Source of the DNA: Rhizobiales bacterium Ga0077524
GTDB taxonomy: Bacteria; Pseudomonadota; Alphaproteobacteria; Rhizobiales; Hyphomicrobiaceae
Direction: 5' to 3'
NCBI GenBank assembly: GCA_001464755.1
Contig: LNDR01000414.1
Span: 1,848-65,847 of the forward strand
Length of the DNA stretch: 64,000 nucleotides
Shown: one piece after another, positions 1-7,066 of the stretch
Position numbering within the stretch: position 1 is the stretch's first letter
Layout: the number at the start of each line of letters is the position of its first letter
Position numbers and translations under genes: made by a program
Notes under the pieces: model-generated
Told to the model about the DNA's origin: nothing
What the model saw: the letters and a program-made list of their open reading frames with translations, nothing else
The model's database searches: none

Positions 1-1
1 G

Positions 2-646
2 TCGTTGCTCGGCCCAGTCGTGCTCCGAGCGGGGGGCGCGACGCCGGCAGCACCGCCGAAAGGGGCCTCCACCGAGCCGGCCCCTTTGGCGTCCGTCGAG
101 GTCGCGGCAGCCGACGCGTGGCCGCACGTTCGCGACAGCTCGGACATCGCCGTGCTGGAAGCGTTCATACGCCGCTTCGGGAACAGCTTCTATGGCGACA
201 TGGCCCGCATCCGGCTCGATGGTGTGCGCAAGGCCGCAGTCGGCAGCCCGGCGCCCACGCCGCCGCTCGCGCCATCGACACAGCCACTACCCACGTGCAC
301 GAAAGGTACGATCTGGACGCACAACGGCAGCGAGATGCAGCTCCTGGCGGATGGACGCAAGCGGTCGTTCCGTTATGTCGCTCCGCGGCCGTCGCTCGCC
401 GAGATGGGCATCCGCGAGGGAACGCTCCTCTTCAACGGGGAGCGCGTCGGCGATCGCTACGAGGGCGTCGCTCGGCGGTTCTCGGAGCGGTGCGGGGTGC
501 GCGAGTACCGCGTCTCGGGCGAACTCGAAGGCGAGCGGCGCGTGATCCTGAGGGGCACAGTGCGCGGGCTCGACCCGTCCTCGTGCCGGCCGGGGAGCCC
601 CTACGACGATCTCCTGGAGTTCGATTTCGTGCGTTGCGCGCAATAG
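2..646 (+). CDS. 3' part of a hypothetical protein (ORF open to the left window edge)
   Basis: The frame is open from nt 2 to TAG 644-646, with G/C-rich third codon positions. It contains the helical motif DAWPHVRDSSDIAVLEAFIRRFGNSFYGDMARIRL, then a Pro/Ala linker and a ~115-aa C-terminal domain with 4 Cys. I cannot assign a family with certainty. Confidence 0.55.
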   Translation, partial: SLLGPVVLRAGGATPAAPPKGASTEPAPLASVEVAAADAWPHVRDSSDIAVLEAFIRRFGNSFYGDMARIRLDGVRKAAVGSPAPTPPLAPSTQPLPTCTKGTIWTHNGSEMQLLADGRKRSFRYVAPRPSLAEMGIREGTLLFNGERVGDRYEGVARRFSERCGVREYRVSGELEGERRVILRGTVRGLDPSSCRPGSPYDDLLEFDFVRCAQ

Positions 647-650
647 CGGA

Positions 651-670
651 CGGCGCGGATACCGGCGCCG
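651..670. terminator. GC stem-loop between convergent genes (possible bidirectional terminator)
   Basis: CGGCGC (651-656), 8-nt loop, GCGCCG (665-670). It lies between the stop at 646 (+) and the stop at 683 (-). No U-tract on either strand. Confidence 0.3.
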
Positions 671-682
671 CCCGATGTCGCC

Positions 683-1879
683 TCACTCCATCGTCGCCAG
701 CGTGAACGCGAGACGGCAGGCCTTGTCGAACTCGTCGAGGTCGACCCATTCGTCGACGGTGTGCGGATCGACCTGACCGGCACCGAAGGTGACCGTCGGG
801 ATGCCGTGGCGGACGAGCCAGTTGGCATCGAGACCGCCGTTGGCCGCGCGGACATCGGGCTCGAGGCCGGTGGCGGTGGCGCCCTCGATGGCGCGCTTCA
901 CGACCGGCAACGTCTCCTTCATGCGGAAGGGATGGTAATCGGTGTGGGCTGTGAACTTGACCTTGCCGGCCTTGCCCTCGCTGTTGGTGACGCGCTCGGC
1001 GGCGTCGGCGAAGGCCTGCTTGTAGGCGGCCGTGATCTCCTTGAAGAACTTAGCATCGTGGCTGCGGCTCTCGCCGCGCGCCTTGACGTAGTCGGTGACG
1101 ACGTTTGTCGCTTGGCCCGCGGGGCCACCATCGGCGCCCATCACGGGGCCGATGTTGGAGGTGCCGATGCGCTCGCCCTTGACGACTTTGCCGAACCAGC
1201 CGCCCTTGCGCACGTCGGCCAACGCCTCGGCGAGGATCATCGTCGCGGAGATGCCGCGCTCGGGCGCACCACCGGCGTGGCTCGCACGGCCCGTGATCTC
1301 GACCTCCCAGCGATCGGCACCGACGGCGCCGATGGTCACGGCATTGGCGTAGCGGCCGTCAAAGTTGAACGCCAACTTCGGTGCGCCAAGCATGTCCATC
1401 TCGACGAAGCGCGCGCCCCAGAGACCGCTCTCCTCGCGCACCGTGAAGAGCAGCGTCAGTGGCGGGTGCGCAGCCTTCGACGCAGACAACTCGGCAGCGA
1501 GCGTCGTGAGCACCGCACATCCCGTGCGATTGTCGCCGCCCAGCGCTGCGTGCGCGCCATTGACGATTTTGCGGCCCTTCCGCACGGGCTTCGCGCCGGC
1601 GCACAGCGGCACGGTGTCCATGTGCGTCATGAACATCACGCGTGGCGCATTGCGCAACGCACCGCGTCCGGGAATGTCGACGATCAAGTTGCCCGTCTCG
1701 GTCGGCAACGGAATTTGCTTGTTGGCTTTGTCGAAGCGAATGGCACGCTGGGAAACGCCGGCTTCCTTGAGCGCCGCGGCGATCTCTTGCCCGATGGCGC
1801 GCTCCTCGCCCGTGACGCCCTCGACAGCGAGAAAACGCATGAGGCGCTGGGTGGCGGCCTCCCGATCGATAGCGTGCAT
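683..1879 (-). CDS. M20-family metallopeptidase (peptidase T-like)
   Basis: Metal-ligand motifs are present: MTHMDTV (HxD), GGDNRTGCA and REESGLWG (EE). I chose the ATG at 1879 (MHAIDREAATQRL) because GGAGA lies 6 nt upstream. The ORF-track N-terminal extension to 1981 is probably not translated. Confidence 0.85.
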   Translation of the reverse strand: MHAIDREAATQRLMRFLAVEGVTGEERAIGQEIAAALKEAGVSQRAIRFDKANKQIPLPTETGNLIVDIPGRGALRNAPRVMFMTHMDTVPLCAGAKPVRKGRKIVNGAHAALGGDNRTGCAVLTTLAAELSASKAAHPPLTLLFTVREESGLWGARFVEMDMLGAPKLAFNFDGRYANAVTIGAVGADRWEVEITGRASHAGGAPERGISATMILAEALADVRKGGWFGKVVKGERIGTSNIGPVMGADGGPAGQATNVVTDYVKARGESRSHDAKFFKEITAAYKQAFADAAERVTNSEGKAGKVKFTAHTDYHPFRMKETLPVVKRAIEGATATGLEPDVRAANGGLDANWLVRHGIPTVTFGAGQVDPHTVDEWVDLDEFDKACRLAFTLATME

Positions 1880-2002
1880 GGTGGTCTCCCGTTCGACGCA
1901 ACTCGCGAAGCGCTGCGCAGATAGCGCGGCCCCAAGCGATGCAGCGTAGTGCTGCAGCGACGAACGGTCGACCCCAATCAAGGGTGCGCGGTCAGCGGCG
2001 TG

Positions 2003-2497
2003 TCAGCGCGCCGCCGTGTCGAGCGGTTTCGGCGGGCCGAGAAAGCGCACGCCCAGACTGCCGGGACGCCGCCATGCGATCTCGCAGTCGACTTGCATGC
2101 GATCGACGCGCATCACCAGGGTGAGGTTTGTTGGCAGGTGCTCGAGATCGCCATACGTTCGGGCAGTGCCAGCGGGAAGGACCAGGCGTGCGCCACTCCC
2201 CGACATGTCGGCGATGGTGCATTGAACCTGCAGCCGCATCGTCTTGAACGTCATCAGGCCGGGCAAGGTCGTGGCCTTCCGGCGCGAGCGGCGCTTGCAA
2301 TCTGTGCTCTCGGCGACAGCTTTACCCTCGGCGCGCTGCGCGGCGGTTCGGCGAAGCCTCTCCTGGAACACCTGATCGCGCGGACGGGATGCCTTCAGCT
2401 GAGGCACCACCGCCGGGCGATCTGTTGGATCTGCCTCGGAAGCTGCTCGCTTGAGCGTCGATGACAGCGCCTGGATACGCGGAGAACGTAGCGCCAC
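2003..2497 (-). CDS. stand-alone PilZ-domain protein (predicted c-di-GMP receptor)
   Basis: Both PilZ signature motifs are present: RRSRR (RxxxR) and DMSGSG (DxSxxG) about 20 aa later. GTG start at 2497 with AGGAA 8 nt upstream. About 70 aa of basic, low-complexity sequence precede the domain. Confidence 0.75.
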   Translation of the reverse strand: MALRSPRIQALSSTLKRAASEADPTDRPAVVPQLKASRPRDQVFQERLRRTAAQRAEGKAVAESTDCKRRSRRKATTLPGLMTFKTMRLQVQCTIADMSGSGARLVLPAGTARTYGDLEHLPTNLTLVMRVDRMQVDCEIAWRRPGSLGVRFLGPPKPLDTAAR

Positions 2498-2581
2498 CGG
2501 GGTCTTTCCTTGGTTGCATCTTGTCGGCTCTCAGGCAGTCACCACCCATTGGGTCGGGCCCGATTTGCGGTAACCTAGGAT

Positions 2582-2610
2582 GCCCGGCTTAAGTCGCAGT
2601 TAAGCCGGGC
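2582..2610 (-). terminator. perfect 11-bp stem-loop downstream of the E1-like gene
   Basis: GCCCGGCTTAA (2582-2592), 7-nt loop, TTAAGCCGGGC (2600-2610). It starts 13 nt after the TAG stop at 2624-2626. There is no clear U-run after it on the minus strand. Confidence 0.5.
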
Positions 2611-2623
2611 AACGCAATTTCGA

Positions 2624-5041
2624 CTACCTCTCACGGCGATAGCGGGTGGGACGTCCGGTCAGTGCTTCTGCCGCTCGCAAGACGGCTGCCGCGTCGAGGC
2701 CATAGTGCGCATAAAGCTCGGAGATGGAGCCAGACTGGCCGAAATGCTCGACGCCCAGCGCCCGGACGCGATGGCCGGCGACGCCGCCGATCCAGGAGAG
2801 TGTCTCCGGGTGACCGTCGCAAAGCGTGATGATGCCGGCATCGCGGGGGAGAGCCGCGAGCAGCGTCTCGATGTGGGCCCGTGCCGTGGTGTCGCCCCGC
2901 TCGCGCGCGCGCTCGGCGCCGTGCCAGCCGGCGGTGAGACGGTCGGCCGAGGTGACGGCGAGAACGCCGACGCCGCCCCGGTTCTCCGAGAGGAGGGCTG
3001 CGGCCTCGATCGCCTCCGGTGCAAGAGCGCCCATATAGACGATCGCGAGCTGGGTTGCTGGCTCAGGCCGCCTCAGCCAGTAGCCGCCCGCGATGATGTT
3101 CTCGTGAAGTTCAGGCGTCATCTGGCGAGGGATCTGCTCGATGGGGCGCGTCGACAGGCGCAGGTAAACCGAGCCGCCCTTCTCCTCACGGTGCCAGCCC
3201 GTCTTGCCCTCCTCGGGGCCTTCGCGCTGCATGTATTCGAACGACCAGCCCATGATCGCGGAAAGCTCGTCGACGTAGGCCGGCTCGAACGAGGCCAGCC
3301 CGTCCTGCGCGATGCCGATGAGCGGCGTCGAGATCGACTGATGGGCGCCCCCCTCCGGCGCCAGGGTCAAGCCCGAAGGGGTCGCGACCACCATGAAGCG
3401 GGCATCCTGGTAGCAGGCGTAGTTGAGCGCATCGAGGCCGCGACAGATAAACGGATCGTAAAGTGTGCCGATTGGAATGATCCGCTCGCCGTAATGGGCA
3501 TGCGAGAGGCCCGCGGCGGCGAGCAGCAGAAACAGGTTCATCTCGGCGATGCCGAGCTCGATATGCTGGCCAGTGGGCGCCATTTCCCAGCGCTGCGGGC
3601 TCATGAGGCCGCGCTGCTTGAACACGTCCTCCTTGCTCTCTATCGAGAAGAGCCCGCGCCGGTTCACCCACGGTCCCAGGTTCGTCGAGACTGTGACGTC
3701 AGCCGAGGTCGTGAGGATTCGGTCGGCGAGAGGGCCGCCCTTCCGCGCGATCTCGTCGAGGATGCGGCCGAAACCGGCTTGCGTCGTTGCCTTGCCCTTG
3801 GTCTCCAGCACCGGCATCGGTGGCACGGGAATGCGGTCGGCGTTGAGCGTGCGCTTGCCTTTACGGTTGAAGGGCACCTCGGAGAGGAACCGCTCGACCT
3901 CTTCGCGCGGCAGCTTGAGCCCTGCGAGTTTGTCCCACTCCTCGCCCTGGTTGACGCCTTGCTGGCCACGGAACGCCTGCATCTGCGTCTTGTTCATCAG
4001 GCCGGCGTGGTTGTCCTTGTGGCCGGCGAAGGGGAGACCGAAACCCTTGATCGTATAGCTGATGAAGCAGACCGGTTGGTCATCGGGCGCCGATGCGAAG
4101 GCCTCGAGAATGGTCTCCATATCGTGGCCGCCGAGATTGGTCATCAGGCGGGCGAGCTCGTCGTCGTTGCGCTTGGCGATCAGAGCCAGCGTGTCCGTTT
4201 CGCCCGCCAGATCAGCCTCGAGCTGCCGGCGCCAGCCCTTCTCGAAGACGAGCGCTGAGTAGAGCTGGTTGGGACAATCATCGATCCACTTGCGCAGGCG
4301 CTCGCCGCCGGGCTCCTCGAAGACCGCCTGGAGCAACTTGCCGTACTTGATCAGAATGACTTTCCAGCCGAGGTTCTCGAACAGCCCGGCGACCTTCATG
4401 AAGAGCTGGTCGGAAACGACACTGTCGAGGCTCTGGCGGTTGTAGTCGACCACCCACCAGCAGTTCTTGAGGCCGTGCTTCCAGTATTCGAGCAGCGCCT
4501 CATGGATGTTGCCCTCATCGATCTCGGCATCGCCCATCAGCGCGACGAGACGGCCCTTCGGCCACTCCGAGGAGCGCCAGCTTTTGGCGTGAATGTAATC
4601 CTGGACGAGGCTCGCGAAACCCGTCGCCGCGACGCCAAGGCCGACCGAGCCGGTCGAGAAGTCGACGTCGGCCTTGTCCTTGGTGCGAGACGGGTAGGAC
4701 TGCACGCCGCCGAAGCCGCGGAAGTTCTGCATCTTGTCGGCGGTCTGATTGCCGAGGAGGTACTGGATGGCATGGAATACCGGGCTCGCGTGTGGCTTCA
4801 CCGCGATGCGGTCCTCCGGGCGCAGGACGTGGAAATAGAGCGCCGTCATCAGAGTCGCGAGTGATGCGGACGACGCCTGGTGACCGCCGACCTTCAAGCC
4901 ATCGCCGCGATCGATCTCGTGGTTGGCGTGGTGGATCATGTAGGTGGAGAGCCACAGCACCTTGCGCTCGAGTTCGGTCAGCATGGCGAGGGTGGCGGGG
5001 TCGACGGCAGCGCCGGCCGGAATCATGCGAGAGCCTTCCAT
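2624..5041 (-). CDS. homodimeric-type ThDP-dependent 2-oxoacid dehydrogenase E1 component-like protein (AceE/transketolase-like family)
   Basis: 805 aa. The ThDP-binding motif GDAEIDEGN...VVDYNRQSLD resembles the AceE sequence GDGEMDEP...NCNLQRLDG. N-terminal similarity to AceE includes HHAN and GGHQASSAS. No E2 or E3 gene is adjacent. The start ATG shares one base with the ilvA stop (TGATG), and AGGAGG lies 9 nt upstream. Confidence 0.8.
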   Translation of the reverse strand: MEGSRMIPAGAAVDPATLAMLTELERKVLWLSTYMIHHANHEIDRGDGLKVGGHQASSASLATLMTALYFHVLRPEDRIAVKPHASPVFHAIQYLLGNQTADKMQNFRGFGGVQSYPSRTKDKADVDFSTGSVGLGVAATGFASLVQDYIHAKSWRSSEWPKGRLVALMGDAEIDEGNIHEALLEYWKHGLKNCWWVVDYNRQSLDSVVSDQLFMKVAGLFENLGWKVILIKYGKLLQAVFEEPGGERLRKWIDDCPNQLYSALVFEKGWRRQLEADLAGETDTLALIAKRNDDELARLMTNLGGHDMETILEAFASAPDDQPVCFISYTIKGFGLPFAGHKDNHAGLMNKTQMQAFRGQQGVNQGEEWDKLAGLKLPREEVERFLSEVPFNRKGKRTLNADRIPVPPMPVLETKGKATTQAGFGRILDEIARKGGPLADRILTTSADVTVSTNLGPWVNRRGLFSIESKEDVFKQRGLMSPQRWEMAPTGQHIELGIAEMNLFLLLAAAGLSHAHYGERIIPIGTLYDPFICRGLDALNYACYQDARFMVVATPSGLTLAPEGGAHQSISTPLIGIAQDGLASFEPAYVDELSAIMGWSFEYMQREGPEEGKTGWHREEKGGSVYLRLSTRPIEQIPRQMTPELHENIIAGGYWLRRPEPATQLAIVYMGALAPEAIEAAALLSENRGGVGVLAVTSADRLTAGWHGAERARERGDTTARAHIETLLAALPRDAGIITLCDGHPETLSWIGGVAGHRVRALGVEHFGQSGSISELYAHYGLDAAAVLRAAEALTGRPTRYRRER

Positions 5042-6291
5042 CAGCGTGCTCCTCCTGGATTACTGACGACCTCGACCTCGAGGCCGGCGGCCCTGAGACG
5101 GGCCACGGTGTCGTTGAGATGACTGCGGTCGCGCGTTTCGATGACCACCTCGAGCAGCGCTCCCTTGGCGGGCAGGTCCGAGAAGACCCGCTGGTGATAG
5201 ACCTCGACAATGTTGGCGCCGGCCTCGCCGAGCAGGTTCGCGACCTTTGCGAGCTGGCCGGGCTGATCGACGAGATCGATGGCGAGTTGCGAGAGGCGGC
5301 CCTCGCGGGCGAGCTCGCGTGTCAGGACGGAGGCGAGGAGCCGGGTGTCAATATTGCCGCCGCAGAGAACGAGGCCGACCGTCTGGTCGCGGAACAGCTC
5401 AGGCCTGGCGATCAGCGCGGCCAGTCCCGCGGCGCCGGCACCTTCTACGACGGTCTTTTCGATGTTGATGAGCAGGCTGACCGCGTGCTCGAGATGCACC
5501 TCGCTGACCAGCACGATGTCATCGACGAGAGCGCGGACGATTTCGCCCGTCAGGCGGCCCGGAGACTTGACCGCGATACCCTCGGCGAGCGTGTCACCAC
5601 GCATCGGCAGGCTGGTGGTTTTGACGGCGTTGTACATCGAGGGATAGAGCTCGGCCTGTACGCCAACGATTCGGATCGACGGCTTGAGGTGCTTGGCTGC
5701 AATCGCCATGCCGCTGATGAGACCGCCGCCGCCGATGGGAATGACGAGGGTGTCCAGATCCGGCACGGCGGCCAGCATCTCGAGGGCGATGGTGCCCTGG
5801 CCGGCAATGACGAGGGGGTCGTCGTAGGGGTGGACGAAAAGCAGCCCGTGCTCGGCGCCATAGGCCCGCGCGAAGGCGGCGGCATCCTCGAGCGTTGCGC
5901 CTTCAACATTGACGGTGGCACCGTGGCGCCGCGTGTTCTCGACCTTCACCATCGGTGTGCCGATCGGCATCACAATGGTCGCGGGGATGCCGAGGCGGCG
6001 CGCGTGGTAGGCCACGCCCTGCGCATGGTTGCCGGCCGACATGGCAATCACGCCGCGCTTGCGCTCCGCCTCGGTCAGCGCCGACAGCCGGTTGAGGGCA
6101 CCGCGCTCCTTGAACGAGGCCGTGAACTGCAGGTTCTCGAACTTCAGCCAAACCTGGCAGCCCAGCATCTCCGAGAGAGTGCGGCTCGGGTCGAAGTCGG
6201 TATTGAGGACGTGGCCCTCGAGCAAGGCCGCTGCGGCCCGCACGTCGTCGACAGAGACGGGAAGAAGGGACGATGGGGCTGGTTGGGTCAT
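5041..6291 (-). CDS. ilvA: threonine ammonia-lyase (threonine dehydratase), short form with one C-terminal ACT-like domain
   Basis: PLP-lysine motif SFKERGALN and the GNHAQGVAY motif are present. The C terminus has an ACT-like segment (LAIDLVDQPGQLAKVANLLGEAGANIVEV). Start chosen at the ATG at 6291 (MTQPAPSSLL); the 527-aa ORF-track version is an upstream extension. Confidence 0.9.
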   Translation of the reverse strand: MTQPAPSSLLPVSVDDVRAAAALLEGHVLNTDFDPSRTLSEMLGCQVWLKFENLQFTASFKERGALNRLSALTEAERKRGVIAMSAGNHAQGVAYHARRLGIPATIVMPIGTPMVKVENTRRHGATVNVEGATLEDAAAFARAYGAEHGLLFVHPYDDPLVIAGQGTIALEMLAAVPDLDTLVIPIGGGGLISGMAIAAKHLKPSIRIVGVQAELYPSMYNAVKTTSLPMRGDTLAEGIAVKSPGRLTGEIVRALVDDIVLVSEVHLEHAVSLLINIEKTVVEGAGAAGLAALIARPELFRDQTVGLVLCGGNIDTRLLASVLTRELAREGRLSQLAIDLVDQPGQLAKVANLLGEAGANIVEVYHQRVFSDLPAKGALLEVVIETRDRSHLNDTVARLRAAGLEVEVVSNPGGAR

Positions 6292-6396
6292 GCGGCGGCT
6301 CCTGGCACCCCGGAAGAAGGTGGTCGCCCTCGGTGCAGCCAGAAAATAGCGCGAATGCGGCGGCAATTCCTGCTGAACTTCGCCAACATCCCCGTT

Positions 6397-6410
6397 AGAA
6401 TTGGCATTCT
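6397..6410. promoter_or_regulatory. AGAAT-N4-ATTCT palindrome in the ilvA/lrp-family divergent region (candidate Lrp/AsnC operator)
   Basis: AGAATTGGCATTCT is an AT-rich palindrome in an otherwise GC-rich 144-bp divergent intergenic region. It lies 26 nt upstream of the regulator ATG at 6436. Confidence 0.3.
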
Positions 6411-6435
6411 TTAGCGCCTGGAGAACCTTCACGTC

Positions 6436-6915
6436 ATGACAATGCCAATCATGCCCGTGGACGACATCGACCGTCGTATGCTGGCGGCCCTCCAGGAAAA
6501 TGGACGACTGACGGCGACTGAACTCGCCGAGCGGGTGGGCCTGACGGTGAGCCCGTGCCTCAGACGCCTCCGCCTGCTCGAGGCGGCGGGGGTCATTCGT
6601 GGATATGCGGCGTTGTTGGACCAAAAGAAGGTCGGATTACCCGTCAGCGTCTTCGTCTCGATCAAACTGGAGCGCCAATCCGAGGAGGCTATGCGGGCCT
6701 TCGAGGAGGCGATTCGGAGCTGGCCCGAAGTGCTTGAATGTTACCTGATGACGGGGCCGCGCGATTATCTGCTGCGCGTGGTCGCAAGCGACCTCGCCGA
6801 CTACGAGCGCTTCGTGAAGGGCCGCCTGACCCGTGTCGCCGGAATCGCCAACATCGAATCCAGCTTCGCGCTGGGGCAGGTGAAGCACACGGGCGCGCTA
6901 CCGCTGGGAAGGTGA
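6436..6915 (+). CDS. Lrp/AsnC-family transcriptional regulator
   Basis: N-terminal HTH (DRRMLAALQENGRLTATELAERVGLTVSPCLRRLRLLE) followed by an AsnC-type ligand domain (VFVSIKLE...YLLRVVASDLADYERF). 159 aa, divergent from ilvA. Confidence 0.9.
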   Translation: MTMPIMPVDDIDRRMLAALQENGRLTATELAERVGLTVSPCLRRLRLLEAAGVIRGYAALLDQKKVGLPVSVFVSIKLERQSEEAMRAFEEAIRSWPEVLECYLMTGPRDYLLRVVASDLADYERFVKGRLTRVAGIANIESSFALGQVKHTGALPLGR

Positions 6916-7066
6916 GGGGGGCAGCAAGCTGGATTCCCCGGACGCGTCGCGTCGTCTAGTATACCTTCAATGACGACGAGCTTGTCGTGCTCGCGATTTG
7001 GCATGTTTCGCAAGATCGCCACTCGACATAGGCCGTGCCCGCCGTGATCGGCAGAGGTGGCGAGCC

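Noticed and set aside
6303-6318. Sigma-54-like TGGCAC elements: 6303-6308 upstream of the Lrp-type gene; TGGCAC-N5-TTGA at 9900-9914; TGGCAT...GCAA near 6998.
   Set aside because: The -12 element is missing or mis-spaced (no GG-N10-GC geometry) at 6303 and 6998. The 9900 site lies inside, and antisense to, the A2M coding sequence.
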